Shown here one piece after another: positions 29,102-41,078 of a DNA stretch of 64,000 bases. The first letter of the stretch is position 1; the number at the start of each line of letters is the position of its first letter. Origin of the DNA: Bradymonadia bacterium. Its GTDB lineage: Bacteria; Myxococcota_A; Bradymonadia; UBA7976; UBA1532. The stretch lies in assembly GCA_046290225.1 (NCBI GenBank), contig JBKAGE010000046.1:28505-92504 (forward strand), read 5' to 3'. The notes under the pieces were generated by a model. That model saw only the letters and a list, made by a program, of their open reading frames with translations. It made no database searches and was not told the DNA's origin. The translations under genes were made by a program, and so were the position numbers.

Positions 29102-31240
29102 TCATTTGAGGAGCTCGAGCTTGCGCTTCGCCATGCGCGCATGACGGCCATTGGGATGGGTATCGAGGTACTTCTGGTAGCTCCCCTTCGCCTTCTCGAT
29201 CTGCCCGGCGCGCTCATAGGCCACCGAGATGCCGTACATGGCGTCAGCAAAGCGACCGCTGCGACTCAGGGCATCTCTGAAATGCTTGAGCGCCTTGCTG
29301 TGCTGGCCCAGGTCGAGGGCGCACCAACCCAACGCCGAGCGCGGCTCGGGGCTGCGGGGATTCCGGCTCACAGCCTGCTCGAAGAGCTTGGTGGCCTGCC
29401 GGGTGCGACCACGCTCAAGCAGCTTGTCCCCCTTGGTCATCAGTGAGTCGAAGCTCTTCTCCACCACGTCGGTGGTGGCGTTCCCCGCGGGCTTGGGCGC
29501 GCTGGCCTTTGCCAGCGCCTTCGCTTGAGCGAGCTCTGCTTCGAGGCGGCTCTTGAGGGCCGCGGCCACAGGATGCTCGGGGTTACGCTTCAAGGCACCC
29601 TCGAGCACAGCGATGGCCTCGGGGGTCTTGCCCGCGTGGTGCAGGGTCATCGCCCTGGTGGCCTGGCCTCGGGGCAACGCATCGGTCTCGGCGGTCAGCG
29701 CACTGCTGGCCTTGAGGGCATCATTCTTGTCGGCAGACAGCTGGCTCAAGGCATTCTCGGCCAACTTGAACTGCGGCTGCGCCCCAAGCTGTACTCTCGC
29801 CCTGTCGAGATGCTCCACCGCAGCGGCTCGCTCGCCCTGAATGCGCTGCAGCTCCGCCTCCAAAATCGACAGTTCGAGCCTCTGTGGGCTGATCTGTCGG
29901 GCCTGAGCGAGGGCTTGCTGAGCTGCGGCGATCTGCTCGGAAGGGGCCCGGCCCTCGAGCATGCGGGCATAGTCGCCCTTGATGATGGCTACCCGAGCGA
30001 GCCCTTCGTGGGCACGGGCCTTCAAGGTGTCCGCTTCAGGGCCTTCGGCAGTGAGGGTGAGCACATCGCGATATTGAGCGATGGATGCTTCGAATGCGGC
30101 GTCGCTGTTCTTTGCAAGTGCCGCGTCACCGGCCGCGAGCGAGGCTCGGGCTTCGGAAAGGTCCGGCACAGGGGGTGCGGTATCAGAAGGTGCGGTCTCA
30201 GGGGCGCCGATGGCCCCCTCTGCGCCTTGCTTCGTATTGCCCTTGAGCGTGTTGGGCGCAGTCTCGGTCTTCGTCGGCGCACCCTTGGCCGTGTCGTTGA
30301 CAGCGAGCCGGGGCTGCTCCTGCGTCGTCTGCCCCTTCTGTCCGCCCTCGCCCTTGGGCTTCAGGTAGAAGACGTACACCGCCACCAGCACGGCGGCGCA
30401 CAAGCCCACGCCAGCAAGGAACGGCCAGAAAGATCCCCTGCGTTCACGGGAAGGCTCCTCCTCGAGTTGAACATCGAGGGACTCGGGGTTTCGGAGCGGG
30501 ATGCCGTCATCAGCCCACGCTGCCTGCTCTGCAAAAACCGGGGGTGCAACCTGGCTGCGCTCTATGGTGGGTGACCCGTCACCGGGGAACGGCGTCAGTT
30601 GCTGAATGGTTGGGAGATCAGGCGGACTGATTTGAGGCGGTGGCAGATCGATGGGCACAGCACCTGGCGCGATCTCTTCAGCGGGATCGAGAGACTGAGC
30701 GGCCCTCAGATCGAGGGTGGGGGCCTGCTCCATCACCCTGATCTTCTCCACCTCGGGAGGCGTCGCGGGGATGGGTGTGGGCCCTGCAGGCAGTGGGGGC
30801 GGCGGCTGGACCGGCGGAGGCGTGACCCGCGGGGGCTGCGTGCTCACCGAGTCGATGCCCTCCACTGCGAGGAAGAAGCTCGACAGCTCGACGATCTCGC
30901 CGAGGGGTTTCCAACGTGCACCCGTCCGAGACATCACGTCTGTTCGGCCGACCTTGCGCTCGATGATCCAACGCTGGAGGGTGCCGAAGTTGTAGAGCTC
31001 GAGCTGCTCGCCGTTGCTCTTTTTGATCTTCCAGGGCTGGTCGGGCTCTGCTGAGCCGGCAAGGGCGGCGTCGACCACCACCTTGGGCTCGTGATCGAGT
31101 GTGCTGGTCCCCTGCTCGGCACCGGGCTTGACGTTGAACACGTCGCCACAATGACTGCAGCGCACGTCGAGGCCCTCAGGGGGGATGCGGGACTCGTCGA
31201 AATCATACTGTGTACCGCAGTGCGGGCAGGTTGCGTCCAT
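29102..31240 (-). CDS. Zn-ribbon (MJ0042-type) + GYF-like + TM + TPR membrane protein
   Basis: CPHC..RCSHCGDVF, WKIKKSNG..LQRWIIE..WKPLGEIVELSSFF, Pro-rich linker, TM, C-terminal TPRs (YQKYLDTHPNG). Confidence 0.8.
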   Translation of the reverse strand: MDATCPHCGTQYDFDESRIPPEGLDVRCSHCGDVFNVKPGAEQGTSTLDHEPKVVVDAALAGSAEPDQPWKIKKSNGEQLELYNFGTLQRWIIERKVGRTDVMSRTGARWKPLGEIVELSSFFLAVEGIDSVSTQPPRVTPPPVQPPPPLPAGPTPIPATPPEVEKIRVMEQAPTLDLRAAQSLDPAEEIAPGAVPIDLPPPQISPPDLPTIQQLTPFPGDGSPTIERSQVAPPVFAEQAAWADDGIPLRNPESLDVQLEEEPSRERRGSFWPFLAGVGLCAAVLVAVYVFYLKPKGEGGQKGQTTQEQPRLAVNDTAKGAPTKTETAPNTLKGNTKQGAEGAIGAPETAPSDTAPPVPDLSEARASLAAGDAALAKNSDAAFEASIAQYRDVLTLTAEGPEADTLKARAHEGLARVAIIKGDYARMLEGRAPSEQIAAAQQALAQARQISPQRLELSILEAELQRIQGERAAAVEHLDRARVQLGAQPQFKLAENALSQLSADKNDALKASSALTAETDALPRGQATRAMTLHHAGKTPEAIAVLEGALKRNPEHPVAAALKSRLEAELAQAKALAKASAPKPAGNATTDVVEKSFDSLMTKGDKLLERGRTRQATKLFEQAVSRNPRSPEPRSALGWCALDLGQHSKALKHFRDALSRSGRFADAMYGISVAYERAGQIEKAKGSYQKYLDTHPNGRHARMAKRKLELLK

Positions 31241-31243
31241 GAC

Positions 31244-32338
31244 TCACTCTCCCTTCGAGGTCGAGGCCTTCTGATCTCTCAGGGCTCTGTAGCGACGCAG
31301 TGACAGCTTTGCCTCATGCTGGCGACCGGTTTTGTGCAACGCCGCAGCGAGATAGCGATGAACCTCCGCTGGAGCGTCTTCATCTGCAGCGATCTCTTCG
31401 AATAGCTGAGCAGCAGCGGTGAATTTCTCGGCATCGTATGCCGCCACGGCACGCACGACCCGATCATCCTTCGAGGGCGTCGCAGCGACGGAGGAAGCGA
31501 TCTCGGGTGCCTGCTCGGCCACGGGCAAGCTCAGCCAGCCCATCTGCACCGAGAGCACCATCGCCACTACGGTGACCGCAGCCCCCCCGATGGTGGACCA
31601 CAAGATGAAACCGAGGCCCAGAGTGCCCCCGTCGGTCTCTACCTTGGATTGCAGCAACAGATCGACAGAGGATCGGCGCGGATGAGCTGCAGGCTCGGGG
31701 GCCGGCGCCACCTCGACCACCTGTGGGGGCATTTCCGCGAGGGGGGGCGCCACCGACGGTGGGCCCGCTGACTGACCACCGATCCGGGCCAGCAACTCGG
31801 GGTGGGACTCTGGCGGCAGAAACTGGCCGTGACCGCGAGCGATGGCATACGCGGTCAAATTGGAACGACCTTCGAGCCAGTTGGCCGCCGCCTCGAGAGA
31901 GTCGAGCTCATAGATCGTGCCCCGGTCATTGCGGATGCGCCACTTCTCCTCCCCGAGGGCCAGCCGGGCCAGGGAGTCATCGAAATCATCAGCCGAGGTA
32001 GAGACGGTGAGCGCCTGATGGGCATTGCTGATGGCGGTGGCCTGGCCCACTTCGTCGAGATCGACGCCGGAGGCTCGAGGGATGTTGAGGGCCTCCATCT
32101 CCACGGCGAGGGTGTTCTCGCCCCCTTCGTCGTCATCCCAGGGGATGCCCCCAGCAGGCATGGCGGCCTCGAGAGGCGCCAGCAATGTGCGGCTGTCGAC
32201 GCCGCTCACATCGAGGGTGGCGTCTTCGTGATAGACGGTGAATGGCCGCCCACACGCCTGACACACCACGGTCTCCGAGCCCCCCATCGGCGGCTCGGCC
32301 TCGTTGAACGCCCCACAGTGTCGACACTCGACTCGCAC
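31244..32338 (-). CDS. Zn-ribbon + degenerate GYF-like + TM + single TPR membrane protein
   Basis: CRHC..CQAC, WRIRNDRGTIY..AANWL, TM, C-terminal TPR (HRYLAAALHKTGR). Confidence 0.7.
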   Translation of the reverse strand: MRVECRHCGAFNEAEPPMGGSETVVCQACGRPFTVYHEDATLDVSGVDSRTLLAPLEAAMPAGGIPWDDDEGGENTLAVEMEALNIPRASGVDLDEVGQATAISNAHQALTVSTSADDFDDSLARLALGEEKWRIRNDRGTIYELDSLEAAANWLEGRSNLTAYAIARGHGQFLPPESHPELLARIGGQSAGPPSVAPPLAEMPPQVVEVAPAPEPAAHPRRSSVDLLLQSKVETDGGTLGLGFILWSTIGGAAVTVVAMVLSVQMGWLSLPVAEQAPEIASSVAATPSKDDRVVRAVAAYDAEKFTAAAQLFEEIAADEDAPAEVHRYLAAALHKTGRQHEAKLSLRRYRALRDQKASTSKGE

Positions 32339-32390
32339 GTCTCTCCGATCAGGCCTCTGGCCTGTGATTGAGGCCAGTCAATCGTACACG

Positions 32391-34766
32391 TCAATCGTAC
32401 ACCGGGCCCTCGTCGAAGGCGCCTTCGTACACCGACAGGAAGCGGGCCACGATGCGTCGTGTACCCACATCGGGGAAATCTACAGTCACCCTGGGGATTT
32501 GACCAGCCTCAACCTCGGTGACCCGGCCGACCCCGAATTGTCCGTGGTACACAGCCATACCCACCTGAAAGTTTGCTTCGCCCATCGCCTCAGGGTGTAC
32601 GACCTGTGAGACCGCATCATAATCCGGGAATGGCTCCGAGGCACCCTCGACGTCGATCACTGGGCCATCGAAGTGCTCCGGCGGGGCCTCGTCGAGGGGC
32701 TCGATGTAGATCGAAGACCCCGGCTCCACAGGCTGATGCTTTGGTCTCTCGGGCCTTTTGACACGCTGGCGGCGGTGACGTTCCCGCCATCGACTGCCAC
32801 CCCCCGGTGGGGCCACCGATGACGGCCGAGGCACTCGCTCGGAGAGCAGATCTTCAGGCAGCTCGGCGAGGAACCGGCTCGGTCGGTTGTAGCGTACGCC
32901 ACCGAAGGTCTGCCGAGCCCGTGCGTAGGTGAGATACAGGCGCTCCTGAGCCCGGGTGAGGGCCACGTAGCAGAGGCGGCGCTCTTCTTCGATGCCGGCG
33001 TCATGGGTCGACAACCCGTGAGGGAAAATCCCCTCCTCCATACCCACCACGAAGACCACCGGGAACTCCAACCCCTTGGCTGCGTGCACCGTCATCAACG
33101 AGACCGCGCCGGCTTCGAGCTCGGTGAGATCGGCTTCTGATGCGAGCTTCACCGTCTCCAGGAAACCGCCGAGGGTGGGCGGCTCGGTGCCGCGCTCGTC
33201 GATGTCGCGGGCGTAGGCCTCGATGGCCACCAGGAGTCGCTCGACGTTCTCCACGCGTTCCTCAGGGCCGTGCACAGACTCTGCGGCCAGCTCCGGCAGG
33301 AAGCCCGAGTCGATCAAGATCGCGCGTGCCTGGGCCTCCGGACCTCGCTCGCCGGGATCGCGCAGGCGGTCGAGCAGCTCGACGAAGACCCCGAGCCCTT
33401 TGTGAGCCCGACCACGGAGCAGCTTCTCCTGCACGGCCATGGGCGCAGCCCGGCCCAACGAGACGCCATGATCTTTCGCATAGGCAGACAGCTTCTTGAG
33501 CGAGGTGGCCCCCACCCCACGAGGCGGCGTGTTCACCGCCCGCTTGAAGGCCACGTCGTCATCGGGGTTCACCAACAGCCGGATGAAGGCCAGCGCGTCT
33601 TTGATCTCCGCCCGCTGGTAGAACGAGCGCCCCTTGAAGACCACATAGGGCACCGCTTCGAAGCGCAGGGCCTCTTCCATGTCGAGGGAGAGGCTGTTGG
33701 TCCGGAAGAACACCGCCACGTCACCGGGGCGGACGTCGCTCTCGCGGCACAGGGCCCCGATCTGAGATGCCACCCACCGCGCCTCATCCCGAGCATCCTG
33801 CCCGCGATGAATCTCGATGTGCATCCCACCTTCTTTGGCGGTCCATAACGATTTACCCAGACGCTTGGCGTTGTGACCGATGACGGCGTTCGCCGCGGTG
33901 AGGATCACCGAGGTGGAGCGATAGTTCTGTTCGAGACGGATGACCTCGGCGCTGGGGTAAACCTCTTGAAAGTTCAAGATGTTGCCAACTTCGGCCCCCC
34001 GCCAGCCATAGATCGACTGATCATCATCACCCACGACGAGCAGGTTGGCCCCAGGCGGCGCCATGAGCTTGAGCCAGCGGTACTGGGCCACGTTGGTGTC
34101 CTGGAACTCGTCCACCATGATCCACTGCCAACGGCGGCGCACGGCCTTCTGCAGCCACTCGTCCTGGGCGAGCAGATCGCCAGGGCGCATGATCAAATCG
34201 CCAAAGTCGAAGGCGTCGGCGCGCTGCAGTCTGATCTCGTAGGCCTCGGAGATGCCCTGACCCCCGGCGAGGGCAGCCTCGTGGGGAATCTCCATGAGAT
34301 CGACGTCCCGGCAGCCGTTCTTGGCCGCGTCGAGCACCTTGCGCACAGCCCCTGGAGGCCACAGCCGATCACTGATGCCAATGTCGTCGAGGGCGTCTTT
34401 GATCACCACGAGCTGGTCGGCGTCGTCGTAGATGCTGAAGCGTCGAGATCTGCCCAGTGGCTCCGGGTGACTGCGCAGGAACTTCGCGCCGAAGGCGTGG
34501 AAGGTGCTCACCGTGAGCCCCTTGGCCAGCTCAGGGCCGATGAGACTCTCGATCCGCTCCCGCATCTCTCTCGCGGCCTTGTTGGTGAAGGTCACGGCGA
34601 GGATGCTGTCGGGATCCACCCCCTGCTCCAACAACCACGCGATCCGGTGGGTGACGACGCGTGTCTTGCCAGATCCGGCACCGGCGAGGAGCAGCATGGG
34701 CCCCTCCCCGTGGGTGACTGCCGCCCGCTGGGATGGGTTGAGTGTGTCGATGTTGATGCGGGACAC
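32391..34766 (-). CDS. uvrD: ATP-dependent DNA helicase UvrD/PcrA
   Basis: LAGAGSGKTRV, TFTNKAAREM, VDEFQDTN, VGDDDQSIYGWRGA, LEQNYRS, TVHAAKGLEFP, EEERRLCYVALTRA, C-terminal Tudor-like HGQFGVG. Confidence 0.95.
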   Translation of the reverse strand: MSRINIDTLNPSQRAAVTHGEGPMLLLAGAGSGKTRVVTHRIAWLLEQGVDPDSILAVTFTNKAAREMRERIESLIGPELAKGLTVSTFHAFGAKFLRSHPEPLGRSRRFSIYDDADQLVVIKDALDDIGISDRLWPPGAVRKVLDAAKNGCRDVDLMEIPHEAALAGGQGISEAYEIRLQRADAFDFGDLIMRPGDLLAQDEWLQKAVRRRWQWIMVDEFQDTNVAQYRWLKLMAPPGANLLVVGDDDQSIYGWRGAEVGNILNFQEVYPSAEVIRLEQNYRSTSVILTAANAVIGHNAKRLGKSLWTAKEGGMHIEIHRGQDARDEARWVASQIGALCRESDVRPGDVAVFFRTNSLSLDMEEALRFEAVPYVVFKGRSFYQRAEIKDALAFIRLLVNPDDDVAFKRAVNTPPRGVGATSLKKLSAYAKDHGVSLGRAAPMAVQEKLLRGRAHKGLGVFVELLDRLRDPGERGPEAQARAILIDSGFLPELAAESVHGPEERVENVERLLVAIEAYARDIDERGTEPPTLGGFLETVKLASEADLTELEAGAVSLMTVHAAKGLEFPVVFVVGMEEGIFPHGLSTHDAGIEEERRLCYVALTRAQERLYLTYARARQTFGGVRYNRPSRFLAELPEDLLSERVPRPSSVAPPGGGSRWRERHRRQRVKRPERPKHQPVEPGSSIYIEPLDEAPPEHFDGPVIDVEGASEPFPDYDAVSQVVHPEAMGEANFQVGMAVYHGQFGVGRVTEVEAGQIPRVTVDFPDVGTRRIVARFLSVYEGAFDEGPVYD

Positions 34767-34978
34767 AGGGCCTCCTCTCACAGCTCACCTGACCAACCGA
34801 TCAGCTCGGTGGATCAGATCAGTTGTGCCGAGTTCGTACCGCTGTGTCGAGGGATACGCTACAGAACAGATGCTCAGTGCTGCGCAGGCAGGGCCAAAAG
34901 GTGGCTACAAGGGTGGATGTATACGCCCACCCGTCAACCCGGCTCGGAGATCGGCGATTCTGCCGCCTACTCTACGGC

Positions 34979-36808
<1,830 letters not shown>

Positions 36809-36948
36809 AGGCGATTTCACTCCTCCCCGGCCTCACCGGGGTCTGACAGTCCACCCTCGAACATCGGCGGACCAAATGGGTGCCCATGAGGGAACTCGCC
36901 CTCATGGCCCGCTCTCCCCCTCGAAATGCGCGCCTCGACGATCTGCGA

Positions 36949-37977
36949 TCAGTCCAACAGGGTCAACGGAGGCACTTCGTGATCTGCTTCGATCTCCAAG
37001 CTCGACACCACGGCCCCGGCGCCAACGCGAGCGCCATCGGCGAGCACGACGTCGTGCAGCCGCGCCCCCTGGCCCACGTGGCAGCTCTGGCCCACCCGCG
37101 TGTTGCCGGTGAGGCAGGCGCCGGGTTCGATGACCGTGTCAGGGCCCACCTGCACGCCATCATGGATCCAGTTGGTCTCCGGGAGAGGCATGGCCACACC
37201 TGCGGTAAGCAACCCATCCTTAATGTGTCGTTGCATGCGCCCCTCGGCCCGGGCGAGGTCAGCGCGGTTGTTCACGCCTTCGGCCTCCTCGGCCTCCGCC
37301 CCTTCAAGGACCATGGCCGCCACGGCCCGTCCGGTCTCCACCGCCCGCGCCACGACGTCGGTGAGGTAGAACTCGCCTTGGGCGTTGTCGTTGCCCAGGT
37401 TCTTGAGGGTGTCGAAGAGGAATCGGGCCTCGACGCGATAAATACCGGCGTTCACTTCGTCGATCTCGAGCTGCGCTGGCGTGCAGTCCCGGGCCTCGGT
37501 GATGGCCACCACCTGCCCTTCGGCGTCGCGCACGATGCGGCCGTAAGCAGCGGGATCGTCAAGACGCATGGTGATGAGGGCCACAGGGGCCTCACCGGCG
37601 ATCTCGTCGAGCTTCTGCAACATGCTCAGCCCCAAGGTAGGCACGTCGCCGGACAGGATGAAGACATCACCCTCGAAGTCAGCGAGGGCCTGCTCCGCGC
37701 AGAGCACGGCATGGGCTGTACCGAGCTGCTCAGCCTGAAGTGCACCTGTGACTGGTGCGCCAGGGAAAGCCTCGGCGAGGTACCCCTCGACCTGCTCGCG
37801 CTGATGGCCCACGATGACCACCACCCGATCAGCACCGAGGCTCAGCGCGTCGCGGACCGGGTAGTGGATCATGGGCCGCCCGGCCACGGGATGCAGCACC
37901 TTGGCCTTCTGGGACTTCATGCGGGTGCCGAGACCCGCTGCCATGATCACCACCGCCTTCGCTCGAGCTGCTGCCAT
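36949..37977 (-). CDS. glmU: GlmU-like UDP-GlcNAc pyrophosphorylase, C-terminally short (342 aa)
   Basis: AAGLGTRMKS..KVLH, QLGTAHAV, YGRIVR, EVNAGIY, NAQGEFYLTD, GVNNRADLA, then only a few hexapeptide turns. Sits upstream of glmS. Confidence 0.85.
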   Translation of the reverse strand: MAAARAKAVVIMAAGLGTRMKSQKAKVLHPVAGRPMIHYPVRDALSLGADRVVVIVGHQREQVEGYLAEAFPGAPVTGALQAEQLGTAHAVLCAEQALADFEGDVFILSGDVPTLGLSMLQKLDEIAGEAPVALITMRLDDPAAYGRIVRDAEGQVVAITEARDCTPAQLEIDEVNAGIYRVEARFLFDTLKNLGNDNAQGEFYLTDVVARAVETGRAVAAMVLEGAEAEEAEGVNNRADLARAEGRMQRHIKDGLLTAGVAMPLPETNWIHDGVQVGPDTVIEPGACLTGNTRVGQSCHVGQGARLHDVVLADGARVGAGAVVSSLEIEADHEVPPLTLLD

Positions 37978-38108
37978 GAACCCTGGTCTCCTGTTTTTGA
38001 GGGGCTTCGACCTCTCATCGAGGTACGCGCTCGGCGCTATCCTCACCGAGGGGCCCGCAAACAGCAAGTGCTTGAGGTCCAGGCCCCGAAGCTCTAGAAA
38101 GTGCCGCC

Positions 38109-41078
38109 ATGAGTTCCCCACCTCAGGCCCTGCTCGATGCAGCCCGTCAGTGTCCGGATCCACACCTCGTCCTCACGGGGCTGGAGCGCCTGGCCGAAGC
38201 CGGCGCACGGCTCGAAGGGCCTGATCTCGCTCAGACCCTCCTACCGCTCCTGGCCAACAGCGGGTTCCTGACTCAGTGGCTGGTGCGTCATCCTGAAGGG
38301 GTACAGTGGCTCGATGACGCCGAGGTCCTCTTCTCTCCGCTCACGGCGGAGCAGCTCGAGGGTTGGTATCGAGAAGCGCTGACACCCTTCGGTGATGAGG
38401 GGACCGAAGACGCCGACGCGGTGATGGTGGCCTTGCGGCACATGAAGTTCAGGGCGTTCTTGCACATCACCGCCCGGGACGTAGCCCTCGACCGGCCCAT
38501 CACCGAGACGTGCGCCGAGCTCACCCTGCTCTCGGAGGTGGCCTGCGAGCAAGCCCTCGCCGTGGCCCGAGCCCTCGTGAGTGCAGCCCACGGCCCCGCC
38601 CTCGACCCTGAGGGGCAGATCATCCCCTTCGTCATCGTCGGCATGGGCAAGCTCGGGGGGGACGAGCTCAACTACAGCTCGGACATCGACCTCATCTACT
38701 TCTATGGCACGGACGAAGGCAGCGCGGGTGAGCTGACGGTGCATCAGCACTTCAAGCGCGTGTGCGAGCTGCTCACGCGACTGCTCGGTGAGCCCACCGC
38801 CGAGGGCTTCGTGTTCCGGGTCGACCTGCGCCTGCGGCCGGAGGGTCGCAGCGGACCTTTGTGCAACAGCCTCGCCTCTGCCGTGCGGTACTACGAGTCC
38901 TGGGGACGACTCTGGGAACGCATGGCGTGGTTGCGCGCTCGACCCATCGCCGGTGATCTGCAGCTCGGAGACACCCTGCTCGAGCAGCTCGAACCCTGGA
39001 TCTACCGCCGTACCCTCGACTATGGGCAGCTCGAGAAAATCAGAGCCCTCAAAGGCGAGATCCAACAACAGCGCCGAGCCGCCCGCACGCTGGGCATCGC
39101 CAAGGGTGTCGATCTCAAGCTCGATCGTGGAGGCATCCGCGCCGTGGAGTTCAGTGCCAACGCGCTCCAGCTCATCCACGGCGGCCGCACACCCGGTTTG
39201 CGGGATCAATCCACCCTCGGCGCGCTGAACCGGCTCTGGGCCGCAGGGCTGCTCACCGCCGAGGACCATGACACCCTCGCCGAGGCCTACCTGATGTTCC
39301 GCCGTGTGGAGCACAGGGTGCAGATGCAAGAGGAGCGGCAGACACACCGGCTCCCCACCGGTGATGGCCTGCCACGGCTCGCCAGACGGCTCGGCTACAC
39401 GGGCGACACCCCCGGGCAGGCGCTGGCCGACGATCTCGACGCGCGCCGTGATGCGGTCTCCACCATCTTCGAAGGCATCCTCGGACAACGGGGTGAGGCA
39501 GAAGCAGTTGATGATCAAGAAGACGCGCTGATCCAGCGGGCCCGCATCGTGCTCTCGCCCTCAGCCGAGCCTTCGGTTCAGAAAGACATCCTCTCGGAGG
39601 CGGGTTTTGCCGACCCTGCTCAGGGGCTTCATCTGCTCGGGATCGCCGGCCGTCGACCTCAGAGCCCCTTCTCCAGGCGGGCCTCCGCCGAGCGGCAGCG
39701 GCTCGGCCGGCGCCTCATGACCGCCTTGCTCGGCGCTGCGGAGCCTGAGCGGGCCCTCACTCATCTCACCGCGCTGTTGGGCACGCTCGGACCTCACGGT
39801 TTCTACCTGAACCTGCTCGAGGCCCATCCCCGAGCGGCCCGGCAGCTCGTGGAGATTTTGTCGGCGAGCGACTTCGTCGGTCAGGCCTTCGCCCGCCACC
39901 CCTCCTTGTTGGAGATCATGGTGGAGGCTCGGCCTGTGGGCGATCCCTCTGCCGAGCTCCGCGCCGCCATCGTCAGGGGCCCCGCCCTCGACGATCCCGA
40001 GGCCCGCCTCGAGCACCTCGCCCGGGCGAGACAATCTCAGCTGGTCACCATCGCCATCGGCGATCTCGGCGGCGCCCTCTCTCCCGACGAAGTCGAGCAG
40101 GCGCTCACCGGCCTCGCTGAAGAGACCCTCAAGGGGGCCCTCGAGGTGGCCGCCCACATGCTCGCTCAAAGATACGGCACACCAGACTCGGGCTGGTGCG
40201 TGCTCGGTCTGGGCAAGCTCGGCGGCAGCGAGATGAGCTATGGCAGCGATCTCGACCTCATCTTCGTATATGAGCGCAAGGGTATGACTGATGGCCCGAG
40301 GCCCCTCACCCACCAGGAGTGGTTCACCCGCCTTGTGAAGCGCACAGTGTCGTTGCTGTCGATGCCCACTGTGGCTGGTCAGCTCTACGAAGTGGACACC
40401 CGCCTCAGGCCCGGAGGGAACCAGGGCACTCTGGTGAGTCGGCTGGAGCGCCTCGTGGCCCATCACACGGATCACGCAGGTACGTGGGAGCGCATGGCCC
40501 TGGTCAGAGCCCGCCCAGTGGCCGGGACCGAAACTTTCTGCGACGCCGTACAGCGCGCACTGCTCGATCTCACTTACGGGCGTCCGGCACCTGAAGACCT
40601 GTGGCGCGAGATGGCCCGTCTCAGGCGGCGCATGGAGTTGGAGATCGCCCGGGAAGATGCCGCTCGCTACAATGCCAAGGTCGGCCGAGGTGGGCTCGTC
40701 GATCTCGAGTTCATCGCCCAGGGGTTGCAGATCACCCACGGTGCAGAGCATGCAGCTGTGCGCACCCCCAATACCCGGCACGCCATCCACACTCTGGGCC
40801 AGCTGGGCCTGCTGCCCGAGGCAGAGGGCCTGTTGACCGCTCATGGCTTCTTGAGGCGGTTGACGCACCGCATGCGCATCGTGCGGGCGCGCAGCTCCTC
40901 CGAGCTGCGTACCGAGGCGGTGGCCCTCGATCGCCTGGCCCGCCGGCTGGGCTACCGGCGCAACCCGCTGGCCGTGGATGACGAGGCCCCCGGGCAGGCC
41001 CTCTTGAATGATTACACCGCGACGACCGACTTCGTCCGTCGTCGCTTCGACGAACGTTTCGGTACAGGAGAAAGATGA
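38109..41078 (+). CDS. glnE: Bifunctional glutamine synthetase adenylyltransferase/adenylyl-removing enzyme
   Basis: Two NT domains: GMGKLGGDELNYSSDIDLI..VDLRLRPEG and GLGKLGGSEMSYGSDLDLIF..VDTRLRPGG. Confidence 0.95.
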   Translation: MSSPPQALLDAARQCPDPHLVLTGLERLAEAGARLEGPDLAQTLLPLLANSGFLTQWLVRHPEGVQWLDDAEVLFSPLTAEQLEGWYREALTPFGDEGTEDADAVMVALRHMKFRAFLHITARDVALDRPITETCAELTLLSEVACEQALAVARALVSAAHGPALDPEGQIIPFVIVGMGKLGGDELNYSSDIDLIYFYGTDEGSAGELTVHQHFKRVCELLTRLLGEPTAEGFVFRVDLRLRPEGRSGPLCNSLASAVRYYESWGRLWERMAWLRARPIAGDLQLGDTLLEQLEPWIYRRTLDYGQLEKIRALKGEIQQQRRAARTLGIAKGVDLKLDRGGIRAVEFSANALQLIHGGRTPGLRDQSTLGALNRLWAAGLLTAEDHDTLAEAYLMFRRVEHRVQMQEERQTHRLPTGDGLPRLARRLGYTGDTPGQALADDLDARRDAVSTIFEGILGQRGEAEAVDDQEDALIQRARIVLSPSAEPSVQKDILSEAGFADPAQGLHLLGIAGRRPQSPFSRRASAERQRLGRRLMTALLGAAEPERALTHLTALLGTLGPHGFYLNLLEAHPRAARQLVEILSASDFVGQAFARHPSLLEIMVEARPVGDPSAELRAAIVRGPALDDPEARLEHLARARQSQLVTIAIGDLGGALSPDEVEQALTGLAEETLKGALEVAAHMLAQRYGTPDSGWCVLGLGKLGGSEMSYGSDLDLIFVYERKGMTDGPRPLTHQEWFTRLVKRTVSLLSMPTVAGQLYEVDTRLRPGGNQGTLVSRLERLVAHHTDHAGTWERMALVRARPVAGTETFCDAVQRALLDLTYGRPAPEDLWREMARLRRRMELEIAREDAARYNAKVGRGGLVDLEFIAQGLQITHGAEHAAVRTPNTRHAIHTLGQLGLLPEAEGLLTAHGFLRRLTHRMRIVRARSSSELRTEAVALDRLARRLGYRRNPLAVDDEAPGQALLNDYTATTDFVRRRFDERFGTGER

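Noticed and set aside
34782..34978. Tn7 insertion at attTn7
   Set aside because: No Tn7 ends or tns genes, and uvrD follows directly.
36809..36948. glmS ribozyme
   Set aside because: The core AGCGCC...GACGAGG pattern is not present. An Infernal search would settle it.
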